The position numbers and the translations under genes are program-made. DNA of 32,000 nucleotides from an uncultured Acidobacteriota bacterium. GTDB taxonomy: Bacteria > Acidobacteriota > Vicinamibacteria > Vicinamibacterales > Fen-181. The stretch covers positions 1,352,512 to 1,384,511 of the forward strand of contig CAWEZL010000001.1 in assembly GCA_963813585.1 (NCBI GenBank). The letters run 5' to 3'. Below, piece by piece: positions 17,293 to 25,351 of the stretch; positions within the stretch are counted from its first letter, which is position 1; every line of letters begins with the position of its first letter. A model generated the notes under the pieces. It did not search any database, was not told the DNA's origin, and worked only from the letters and a program-made list of their open reading frames with translations.

Positions 17293-18322
17293 AGTGCTGC
17301 CGCGCGCGTGCGAGCCCCGCCTCGCCCATGCGGCGCCGCCCCCTCTCGTCGGCCAGCAGCGCGAGGATGGCGCCGGCGAGGGCGCGGCCGTCCGCGGGCG
17401 GCACCAGCAGGCCGGTGACGCCGTCCTCGACCACCTCCGGGATCCCGCCCGCCCGGGTGGCGACGATCGGCCGCGCGGCGCCCATTGCGTCGAGCAAAGA
17501 GGTGCCGAGCCCCTCGGTCACCGAGCTCATCACGAAGATGTCGAAGGCCTTGAGGCGGGCGAGGACGTCGGCGCGGAAGCCAGCGAGCAGCACGTGCTGC
17601 TCGAGCTTCAGGTGGCGGATCCGGTGCTCGATCTCCTGGCGCAGCTCCCCCTCGCCGAGGATCACGAAACGCGCGTGCGGTACCTCGCGCACGACGATCG
17701 CCGCCGCGTCGAGCAGGTACTTCTGCCCCTTGTGCGGCACGAGCGCGGCAACGTTGCCGACGATCGGGGCCCCGGGCGGGAACCAGTACTCGGCGTGCAG
17801 GTCGAGCGGCTCGATCGCGGCGATGCGGTCCAGGTCCACGCCCTCGTGGATCGTCGTGACGCGCTCGGCCGCCACGCCGTCCTCGATCAGCATCGCGCGG
17901 ATGGCGCCCGACGCGGCGAGGAAGGCGTCCACCTGCCTGTATTTCCACCGCGAGAACGAGTTCGCCTTGAGGCGAAAATCCACCCGCCTGGCCGCGACGA
18001 GCGGGGGGCGGCGGGCCAGGCCGCTGATCGGCAGGGCGGCGGCGGCCACGGCGACGCCGTGGGGGTCGTGCGCGTGGACGATGTCCGGCTGCAGCGCGCG
18101 CAGCGCGCCGGCGAGGCGCCAGGCGGCCGCCAGGTCCACCTCGCCGCGTGGCGCAAGCGCCAGCACCTCGAAGTCCCCTTCGACACGGTGGCGCAGCTCG
18201 CCCTCCGGGTGGGCCATCACCACGACGCGGTGCCCGCGCGCGCGGAGGCCGCGCGCGGTCAGCAGCACCTGGTTCTGGCCGCCGCGCCAGCTCCGCGCCG
18301 TGTCGACCTGGAGAGTGATCAT
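17189..18322 (-). CDS. Glycosyltransferase family 4 (GT-B, RfaG/WaaG-like)
   Basis: N-terminal WRGGQNQVLLTARGL and a C-terminal E-x7-E region SVTEGLGTSLLDAMGAARPIVATRAGGIPEVVEDG. The start was chosen at ATG 18322, which overlaps the GT2 stop (ATGA). Confidence 0.88.
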   Translation of the reverse strand: MITLQVDTARSWRGGQNQVLLTARGLRARGHRVVVMAHPEGELRHRVEGDFEVLALAPRGEVDLAAAWRLAGALRALQPDIVHAHDPHGVAVAAAALPISGLARRPPLVAARRVDFRLKANSFSRWKYRQVDAFLAASGAIRAMLIEDGVAAERVTTIHEGVDLDRIAAIEPLDLHAEYWFPPGAPIVGNVAALVPHKGQKYLLDAAAIVVREVPHARFVILGEGELRQEIEHRIRHLKLEQHVLLAGFRADVLARLKAFDIFVMSSVTEGLGTSLLDAMGAARPIVATRAGGIPEVVEDGVTGLLVPPADGRALAGAILALLADERGRRRMGEAGLARARQHFSAERMVSETAAAYERLLAGRTLAGDSQGPRPAG

Positions 18323-19068
18323 CGCTCGCGTGTCGCCGCCCACAACCGCGCGAACTTCAGGAACACGTAGTAGCTGTTCAGCGCCGAAACGATGAACCCG
18401 ACGCCCCCCTGCCGGAAGCCGCCTCGCAGGACGTAGTTGCGCAGGAAGGCCCCCGCGGGGCGGGCGGCCAGTCCGGCCGCTGTCACACGGCGGCCCTCGT
18501 CGCGCATTTGCGACGCGGCGAGCTGGGTGTACCGATCGATGGTCCGGAGGTGGTGCGAGATGTCGCGGTAGGGGAAGTGGAGCAGTTCGCCGCGAAGACG
18601 GCCCACGGCGCCCGCGGTCCGCACGCCCTCGTGGACGTAGTCGCCGGCCCAGGAGGCCGCGCGCCGGTCGTACAGGCGCACCTGGCAGTCGGGATACCAG
18701 TCGGTCGAGCGAATCCAGCGCCCCAGGTAGAAGCTGACGCGCGGGAGGCGGTAAGCCGCCTCGCGCGGCCCTGCCGCGACGAGCGCCCGGATTTCACCGG
18801 CGAGCGCGGGCGACAGCCGCTCGTCCGCGTCGAGCGAGAGAACCCAGTCGTTCGAGGCCTCGCCGGCCGCGAAGTTCTTCTGCGCGGCGTAGCCGGGCCA
18901 GTCGCGGGTGATGACGCGAGGGGTGAGGCGGCGGGCCAACTCGATCGTCCCGTCGGTGCTGCCCGAGTCGACGACCACGATCTCGTCGGCGAACGCGGCG
19001 GAGGCGACCGCCTCCTCGAGGCGGTCCACCTCGTCGCGCGTGATGATCGTGACCGTCAGGCCCTGCAC
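18319..19068 (-). CDS. Glycosyltransferase family 2 (LPS-core WaaE/KdtX-like)
   Basis: VTIITRDE, VVVDSGSTDGT and LSLDADERL (DxD). GTG start at 19068. Confidence 0.9.
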   Translation of the reverse strand: MQGLTVTIITRDEVDRLEEAVASAAFADEIVVVDSGSTDGTIELARRLTPRVITRDWPGYAAQKNFAAGEASNDWVLSLDADERLSPALAGEIRALVAAGPREAAYRLPRVSFYLGRWIRSTDWYPDCQVRLYDRRAASWAGDYVHEGVRTAGAVGRLRGELLHFPYRDISHHLRTIDRYTQLAASQMRDEGRRVTAAGLAARPAGAFLRNYVLRGGFRQGGVGFIVSALNSYYVFLKFARLWAATRER

Positions 19069-19096
19069 GCAGGGGAGTGTAGCCCAAATTGCGCGG

Positions 19097-20779
19097 CTAG
19101 AACCCCCCGGTCGAGCCGCCGCGCCCGGAGTTGGACGACGTGGACGCCGAGGAGGTTCCCGACGCGGCCCCGCTGACGGAGACCACCGAGACCCCCGCGC
19201 CGGTGCCGCTCACGGGCGCCTGCTGCACGGTCTCGAAATCCACCAGCGACCGGTTGTAGTCGAGGACGGCCTGCAGCTCGGCGTTGCGCGCCTGCGACAG
19301 GTCGCGCTGCGCCTGGATGACGAAGAAGCTGGTGGACATGCCCGCCGCGAACTTCTTCTGCTCGGCCTCGAGCCGCCGCTCGGCGAGCTGCCGGGCCGCG
19401 CGGGTGGAGTCCACGCGCTTGCGGTTCGTGTTCACCTGCCGGGCGACCTCGCGTACCTGCGTCGCCACCTGCAGCTCCAGGTTCCGCAGCTGGATCTGCG
19501 ACTGCTGATACTGGATCCGCGCCCGGGCCAGGCCGGCTTCCGCGCTGCTGCGGCCCAGCGGGTACCCGACGTTCAACGCCACCGACCAGTTCGGGAAGTC
19601 GCGGCCGAACATCCGCGAGAGCACTTTGCTGTATCCCTCGTCGAGCCGGCCGATGACAGTCGGGGGGAACCCCGAGCCGAAGTTGTACTGCGTGCCTCCC
19701 TGCCCGGTCACGCCGTAGCCCGCCTGCACGTTGACGTCCGGGAGGACCTGGTTGCGGAAGTAGCGGATGTTGATGTCGCTCGATTCGATGTTCTTTCGCG
19801 CCTGCTGCAGGTCGGTGCGATTCGCCATGGCGCTCGCGACCGCCGTGTTCAGGTCGATGGTCTGGGCCTGGAAGGTCGGCTGGTCCGTCAGCTCGAGCCT
19901 CATCGTCCAGAAGTCGGGGGTCGTGGGGTCGAAGACCAGGGCCCGCAGCGCGTCCTCGGCGCGGGTGACCGCCGCTTCCGCCAGCAGCACGGCCTCCTCG
20001 CGCTGCGCCACCTCGGCCTCGGCCTCAACGATATCGATCGGGGCCATCGTGCCGATCTCGACGCGCGACCGGTTGTTGCGCAGTGACTCCTGAGCCAGCT
20101 CGAGGGACTGCCGCTGCACGCCGAGCGAGGCGACCGCGTAGGCCAGGTCCCAGTACGCGCTCTTCACGCTGCGCGTCGTCGTCAGCACTGCCTGCTGCAG
20201 TTGCACGTCGGAGATCTCGCGGTTCTTCCGGCTCACCAGCAGCTGCTGGCGGACGCTGTCGATCTTGAAGTTTCGCAGCAGCGGCTGGGTATAGCTCAGG
20301 CTGATCTCGCCGCGGAGCGAGGGGTTCGGGCTCGAGAACGACGAGTTGCTCCTCGTGCGGCTGCTGTTCCAGTCGATGCCGAGGTTGCCGCCCCACGGGA
20401 ACTGCTGCTGCGCCGAGACGACCGCCTGGAAGCTGTCGTTGGTCAGCTTGTCGGTGGCGCCCGAGAGGAAGCTGTTCACCGGGCTGTTGCTGTTGCTGGT
20501 GAGGAGGCTGGTGCTGAAAAGCGGCGTCCAGGCCGACTTCACCTGGCTGATCGTCAGGTCCTGCGCCTGGGGATCGAGCCGCTGCACCTGCAGGCTCAGG
20601 TTCTGCTCGAGCGCCAGCTGCACGGCGTCGGTGAGCGAGAGGCGCTTCACGGGCCCCGGGGGCTGGGCGGCTTCCTGCCCCGGGGCGGCCGGCTGCGGCG
20701 ACTGGGCGGAGGCGGAGGCGCCGAAGGCGAGGGCGACGACGGTCAACGCGGTGACGATGCGGAGATTGGTCTGACCCAT
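19097..20779 (-). CDS. TolC-family outer membrane efflux protein
   Basis: Signal peptide MGQTNLRIVTALTVVALAFGASASAQ, and two OEP repeats (LSLTDAVQLALEQNLSLQ...; DLNTAVASAMANRTDLQQARKNIE...). The protein ends in a terminal Phe, as is typical for OMPs. Confidence 0.88.
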   Translation of the reverse strand: MGQTNLRIVTALTVVALAFGASASAQSPQPAAPGQEAAQPPGPVKRLSLTDAVQLALEQNLSLQVQRLDPQAQDLTISQVKSAWTPLFSTSLLTSNSNSPVNSFLSGATDKLTNDSFQAVVSAQQQFPWGGNLGIDWNSSRTRSNSSFSSPNPSLRGEISLSYTQPLLRNFKIDSVRQQLLVSRKNREISDVQLQQAVLTTTRSVKSAYWDLAYAVASLGVQRQSLELAQESLRNNRSRVEIGTMAPIDIVEAEAEVAQREEAVLLAEAAVTRAEDALRALVFDPTTPDFWTMRLELTDQPTFQAQTIDLNTAVASAMANRTDLQQARKNIESSDINIRYFRNQVLPDVNVQAGYGVTGQGGTQYNFGSGFPPTVIGRLDEGYSKVLSRMFGRDFPNWSVALNVGYPLGRSSAEAGLARARIQYQQSQIQLRNLELQVATQVREVARQVNTNRKRVDSTRAARQLAERRLEAEQKKFAAGMSTSFFVIQAQRDLSQARNAELQAVLDYNRSLVDFETVQQAPVSGTGAGVSVVSVSGAASGTSSASTSSNSGRGGSTGGF

Positions 20780-20928
20780 TCGAGATGACTCCAGTCCTGG
20801 TCTCAGTAATAGACGATCCCCGGGCGCCGCCGGTTCTGCCGGTCGCGGAATTGTATACTACCGGTCCGATCCGCCCCCCCACAGGCGCGTCCGCGTCCTC
20901 GTCCCCCTTGTCCTTCGAGGTGGCAGCG

Positions 20929-23367
20929 ATGTCCCGACGACCCTCCCTCCACGTCCCGGCGCTCCTGGCCGCACTGGCCCTGCTGGCCGCACCGGCCGCG
21001 GCCGCCCCGCCGGGAGGCGGGCGGCAGGCCCCGAGCCCTCAGCCGGCGAAGGCCTCGCGCCTGTCGTTGACGGTGGAGAGCATCATGCGCGGCCCCGCCC
21101 TGGTTGGCTACCCGCCGAGCGGCCTGCGGTGGTCGGCCGACTCGAGCGAGCTCTACTTCGAGTGGCGCCGGCCGGGCGAGGACGAAGCGTCGACGTGGGT
21201 GGCCGGCCGCGACGGCGGTGAGCCGCGGAAGCTGGGTGACGACGCGCGAAAGCTGGTGCCGCCGGCCGCGGGCGGGCAGTGGGACCAGGCGCAGCGCCGG
21301 GTCGTGTTCGTCGAGGCGGGGGACATCGTCCTCCTGGACGCCGTCGCCCGCAGCCGGCAGCGGATCACCAGGACCGCCGGCTCCGAGTCGGGCCCGCGCT
21401 GGGCGCGCCGCGACACGGCGGTCACCTTCGTGCGCGACGGGAGCCTGTACCTCGTGCCCGTCGCGTCCGGGCTCGTCGAGCAGGTGGTGGACGTCCAGCC
21501 GCGCAAGCGCGAGACGCGCGAGACCGACAGCCAGAAGTACCTCAAGGCGGAAGAGGAGAAGCTGATCGGGTTCACGCGCGAGGCGATCGAGAAGCGCAAG
21601 GCGGCCGAGGAGAAGCGCAAGAAGGAGGCACCGCCCCTCTTCGAGACCGAGGAGGGCCAGGCGGTCGTCGACGCCGCGCTGTCGCCGGCGGGCGGGCACG
21701 TCTTCCTGCTCGTCAACGAGCGGCCGGGTGGCGCGAAGACCGCCGACACCCCGAGCTACGTCACCGAGTCGGCCTACAGCGAGATGATCCCGGGGCGCGC
21801 CACCGTGGGCGATGCGCAGCCCCGCCGCCGCCTCGCGATCCTAAACCTTGCGACCGGGCGCACCGTGTGGGCCGACGCGTCCTTCGCGGGCAAGCGGCAG
21901 GCGGTGCAGGCCCCGGCGCAGGGGGGCGACAGGAAGGAAGTGGACCGCGAAGTGGGCTGGGGCATGCCGCTGTTCCCGCCCGACGGCGCGCTGGCCGTCG
22001 CGTGGGTCAGGGCCGCCGACTTCAAGGACCGCTGGATTGTCGCCGTGGACGCGGAGAGCGGCAAGTCGAGGGTGATCGACCTCCAGCATGACGACGCGTG
22101 GGTGTCGGAGGGCGGGTTCGGCCCGTCCGGCGCCCGCAACGCCGGGTTCCTCGCCGACGGCACGCGGCTCTTCTTCACCTCCGAGAAGGACGGTTGGATG
22201 CACCTGCACGTGGTGGACGCCTCCACGCCGGGCGCGAAGGTCACCTCGCTGACCCGGGGGAAGTGGGAGGTGTCGTCGGTGAACCTCTCGCGCGGGCGGA
22301 CGCACTTCTACTTCGTATCGAGTGAACGGCACCCCGGCGAGCGCCACCTGTGCGTCATGCCGGCCGACGGCGGGGAGTGGAGGCAGTTGACGACGATGCC
22401 CGGGTCGCACGCGGGCGAGGTGTCGCCAGACGGCCGGACGATCGGCCTGATCTCCTCCTACAGCAACCAGCCGCCCGAGGTGTACCTGATGCCGACCGAG
22501 AAGGGGGCGGCCGCGCGGAAGGTGACGACCACGCCGACCGAGGAGTGGCGCGCGTTCAAGTGGGCCGACCCCCGGGTCGTTACGTTCAAGGCGCGCGACG
22601 GCGCCGAGGTGTACGCGCGCCTCTACACCCCGGAGATGCTCGGGGCCCGCCGCGACTCCGCGCGCCCGGGCGTCGTCTTCGTGCACGGCGCCGGCTTCAC
22701 GCAGAACGTCCACCGGTGGTGGTCGAGCTACTACCGCGAGTACATGTTCCACAACCTGCTCGCGAGCCGCGGATACGTCGTCCTCGACGTGGACTACCGG
22801 GCGAGCGCGGGGTACGGGCGCGACTGGCGCACCGCGATCTACCGGCACATGGGGGGCAAGGATCTCGAGGACATCGTGGACGGCGCGAAGTACCTGGCGG
22901 CGTCGCAGCGGGTGGACCCGAAGCGCATCGGCCTGTACGGGGGCAGCTACGGCGGGTTCATCACGCTGATGGCGCTCTTCACCTCGCCCGACACCTTCGC
23001 CGCCGGCGCCGCCCTCCGCCCGGTGACCGACTGGGCGCACTACAACCACGGTTACAGTGGGAGCATCCTGAACCTGCCGCAGGACGATCCGGAGGCCTAC
23101 CGGAAGAGCTCGCCGATCTACTTCGCCGAGGGGCTGAAGGGGGCGCTGCTCGTCTGCCACGGGATGGTCGACACCAACGTCCACTTCCAGGATTCGGTCC
23201 GCCTGGCGCAGCGGTTGATCGAGCTGGGCAAGGAGAACTGGGAACTGGCGGTCTACCCGGTCGAGAACCACGGGTTCGAGGAGGAGAGCAGCTGGGTGGA
23301 CGAGTACCCGGAGGATTCTGGGTTTGTTCGAGAGGCATCTGCGGAACCGGCCGTAGGGCAGCCGTAG
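20929..23367 (+). CDS. S9 family serine peptidase (beta-propeller N-domain and prolyl oligopeptidase/DPP-type catalytic domain); the 3' end is apparently frameshifted
   Basis: Signal peptide MSRRPSLHVPALLAALALLAAPAAA, nucleophile elbow GLYGGSYGG, acid HGMVDTNV and His VENHGF. The start at ATG 20929 lies behind GAGGTGG. The last roughly 19 codons read in an atypical frame (see findings). Confidence 0.9.
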   Translation: MSRRPSLHVPALLAALALLAAPAAAAPPGGGRQAPSPQPAKASRLSLTVESIMRGPALVGYPPSGLRWSADSSELYFEWRRPGEDEASTWVAGRDGGEPRKLGDDARKLVPPAAGGQWDQAQRRVVFVEAGDIVLLDAVARSRQRITRTAGSESGPRWARRDTAVTFVRDGSLYLVPVASGLVEQVVDVQPRKRETRETDSQKYLKAEEEKLIGFTREAIEKRKAAEEKRKKEAPPLFETEEGQAVVDAALSPAGGHVFLLVNERPGGAKTADTPSYVTESAYSEMIPGRATVGDAQPRRRLAILNLATGRTVWADASFAGKRQAVQAPAQGGDRKEVDREVGWGMPLFPPDGALAVAWVRAADFKDRWIVAVDAESGKSRVIDLQHDDAWVSEGGFGPSGARNAGFLADGTRLFFTSEKDGWMHLHVVDASTPGAKVTSLTRGKWEVSSVNLSRGRTHFYFVSSERHPGERHLCVMPADGGEWRQLTTMPGSHAGEVSPDGRTIGLISSYSNQPPEVYLMPTEKGAAARKVTTTPTEEWRAFKWADPRVVTFKARDGAEVYARLYTPEMLGARRDSARPGVVFVHGAGFTQNVHRWWSSYYREYMFHNLLASRGYVVLDVDYRASAGYGRDWRTAIYRHMGGKDLEDIVDGAKYLAASQRVDPKRIGLYGGSYGGFITLMALFTSPDTFAAGAALRPVTDWAHYNHGYSGSILNLPQDDPEAYRKSSPIYFAEGLKGALLVCHGMVDTNVHFQDSVRLAQRLIELGKENWELAVYPVENHGFEEESSWVDEYPEDSGFVREASAEPAVGQP

Positions 23368-23462
23368 GGCAGCCGTAGGGCAGGGCTTCAGCCCTGCCGG
23401 ACACGGCGCCAGCCCTGCCGGACACGGCGTCAGCCCTGCCGGACACGGAGGCCGGCGCTACT
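23350..23462. repeat. Composite tandem-repeat block filling the convergent intergenic region
   Basis: GCCGTAGGGCA x3 (23350-23382). Hairpin GGCAGGG-CTTCAG-CCCTGCC (23379-23398). The 21-mer CAGCCCTGCCGGACACGGCGN x3 (23389-23451). One GGAGGCCGGCGCTACT unit (23447-23462) that contains the DegT stop codon. Confidence 0.9.
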
Positions 23463-24639
23463 GGAGAGACACCCGGATGATGCTGCAGATCACCGCCACG
23501 TCCTCGGGCGTGACGGCGGTGCCGGTGGGCAGCACGAGCACGCGTTCCGACAGCCGCTCGGTCACCGGCAGGCGGGCCGATGCGTCCGGGTACCGGTCGG
23601 CGTAGGGCGGGTGGCGGTGGCAGCCGGGGTGGAAGTACCGCCTGGCGCGCACCTTCTCGGCCCAGAGGATCTCCACGAGGCGATCCCGCGAGGTCCCGCA
23701 GGCCTGCGCGTCGATCTCCACGACGACGTGCGCGCGGCTCGTGCCGGTCTCGACCAGCAGGACGCCGGGCAGGCCGTCCAGGCCCGCCGCGTAAGCCGCA
23801 TGGTTCCGCCGGTTCGCCTCGAGGAAGCCCGGGAGCGACTCGAGGCTGGTGAGGCCCATCGCCGCCGCGATCTCGGTCATCTTCGCGTTGAGGCCGACGC
23901 CGGCGACCCGGTCGACGCCCGCGAAGCCGCAGTTCCGCATCAGGCGGAGCCGGGCCGCCAGGGCGGCGTCGTCGGTACCGATCGCGCCCCCCTCGAAGCT
24001 GTTGACGATCTTCGTGGCGTGGAAGCTCAGGGCGGCCGCATCGCCGAACGAGGCGACGGGCACGCCGCCACGCTCGCAGGCGAAGGCGTGCGCGGCGTCG
24101 AACAGCAGGCGCAGGCCGTGACGCGCGGCGACAGCCCGCAGCCCTTCCACGTCGCATGGCACGCCCCAGAGGTGCACGCCCAGGATCGCGGAGGTCCTGG
24201 GGGTGACCAGGGCCTCGGCGTGGGCCGGGTCGATCGTGTGTGTGCGGGGGTCGACGTCACAGAAGACGGGGACCAGGCCGTGCCACTCGAGGACGTGGGC
24301 GGTCGCGACGAAGGTGAACGATGGGACGATCACCTCGCCCGTCAGCCCCAGCGCCCGGACGGCCAGCGCCAGCGCCAGGGTGCCGTTGCAGACGGCGACC
24401 GCGTGGGGCACCCCCGAGGCGGCGGCCACCTCGCGCTCGAAGGCCCGCACCATCTCGCCGTCGTTGGTCAGCCAGCGGCGGTCGAGGATCGCGGCAGCGC
24501 GCTCGAGGAATCTCACCCGGTCGCCGATGTTCGGCCGGCCGACGTGCAGCGTCTCGGCGAACGCCGGCGTTCCGCCGTTCACCGCCAGGTCCCCCGGTCG
24601 CGTCTTCACCCTCCTTCGTATAGCGGAAAGTCGGCCCAT
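23458..24639 (-). CDS. DegT/DnrJ/EryC1/StrS family PLP-dependent sugar aminotransferase
   Basis: AVCNGTLALALA, VIVPSFTFVATA, and SFHATKIVNSFEGG (PLP Lys). The start is ambiguous. The first 10 codons after ATG 24639 have A/T-rich third positions. A GTG at 24609 lies directly behind AAGGAGG. The 584-aa track ORF is rejected. Confidence 0.88.
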   Translation of the reverse strand: MGRLSAIRRRVKTRPGDLAVNGGTPAFAETLHVGRPNIGDRVRFLERAAAILDRRWLTNDGEMVRAFEREVAAASGVPHAVAVCNGTLALALAVRALGLTGEVIVPSFTFVATAHVLEWHGLVPVFCDVDPRTHTIDPAHAEALVTPRTSAILGVHLWGVPCDVEGLRAVAARHGLRLLFDAAHAFACERGGVPVASFGDAAALSFHATKIVNSFEGGAIGTDDAALAARLRLMRNCGFAGVDRVAGVGLNAKMTEIAAAMGLTSLESLPGFLEANRRNHAAYAAGLDGLPGVLLVETGTSRAHVVVEIDAQACGTSRDRLVEILWAEKVRARRYFHPGCHRHPPYADRYPDASARLPVTERLSERVLVLPTGTAVTPEDVAVICSIIRVSLQ

Positions 24640-24652
24640 AGTGCAACAGCAG

Positions 24653-24724
24653 GATTGGGATTGGGATTGGGATTCGGATTGGGATTGGGATTCGGATTGG
24701 AATTGGGATTGGAATTGGGATTGG
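24653..24724. repeat. Tandem hexanucleotide array: 12 units of GATTGG (variants GATTCG x2, AATTGG x2)
   Basis: Read directly from the sequence: GATTGG x3, GATTCG, GATTGG x2, GATTCG, GATTGG, AATTGG, GATTGG, AATTGG, GATTGG. It lies between the divergent degT-like (start 24639) and pyrE (start 24739) genes. Confidence 0.97.
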
Positions 24725-24738
24725 ACTAGGATGGCCCC

Positions 24739-25320
24739 ATGAACCGTGACGACCTGCTCGACCTGTTCCGCCGCTGCACGGCACTGCTGGATGGGCACTT
24801 CCGGCTGACCTCGGGGCTGCACAGCCCGGGCTACCTGCAGTGCGCCCTCGTGCTGCAGCACCCGCGGCACGCCGCCATGCTCGGGGAGGAACTCGCCGCC
24901 CCGCTCCGCGAGCTCCGGCCGACGACCGTGCTCTCGCCGGCGCTCGGCGGGTTGATCATCGGCCACGAGGTGGCCCGGGCGCTCGGGGCGCGGGCGATCT
25001 TCGCCGAGCGCGAGGACGGCGTGCTGCGCCTGCGCCGCGGGTTCGCGCTCACCGAGGCCGAGCGCGTCGTGGTCGTGGAGGACGTGCTGACCACCGGCGG
25101 GTCCACGCGGGAGACGATGCAGGTGGCGCGCGCGGCGGGGGCGCAGGTGCTGGCGGCGGCGGCGATCGTCGATCGCAGCGGCGGCACGGCTTCGCTCGAC
25201 GTCCCGCTGCACGCGCTCGTGTCCCTCTCGCTGCCCACCTACGAGCCCGCGACGTGCCCGCTCTGCGCCCAGAGCGTGCCGCTGACAAAGCCCGGGTCGC
25301 GGCAGGTGGCGGTCCGCTGA
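24739..25320 (+). CDS. pyrE: Orotate phosphoribosyltransferase
   Basis: GHFRLTSGLHSPGYLQC and the PRPP loop VVVVEDVLTTGGSTRE. Confidence 0.93.
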   Translation: MNRDDLLDLFRRCTALLDGHFRLTSGLHSPGYLQCALVLQHPRHAAMLGEELAAPLRELRPTTVLSPALGGLIIGHEVARALGARAIFAEREDGVLRLRRGFALTEAERVVVVEDVLTTGGSTRETMQVARAAGAQVLAAAAIVDRSGGTASLDVPLHALVSLSLPTYEPATCPLCAQSVPLTKPGSRQVAVR

Positions 25321-25351
25321 CCCGGCCGTTCTCCGTTGGGCGGTTCATTCC

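Noticed and set aside
21490-21650. Lys/Glu-rich ~50-aa insert (KRETRETDSQKYLKAEEEKLIGFTREAIEKRKAAEEKRKKE) in the S9 peptidase N-domain as a possible separate module
   Set aside because: It is in frame and continuous with flanking propeller sequence. It is probably a lineage-specific surface helix, and its significance cannot be assessed without alignments.
24653-24724. Hexamer array considered as a CRISPR array, telomere-like repeat or coding (DW)n/(PI)n peptide
   Set aside because: A 6-bp period with no spacers excludes CRISPR. The locus is internal to a chromosome segment flanked by housekeeping genes, so it is not a telomere. No start codon or coding bias supports translation of the repeat.
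24640-25212. Upstream extension of the degT-like ORF (584 aa) through the hexamer array and antisense to pyrE
   Set aside because: It would translate the repeat as (QS/ES)n and run antisense through a clear pyrE gene. Aminotransferase homology begins only near 24600.
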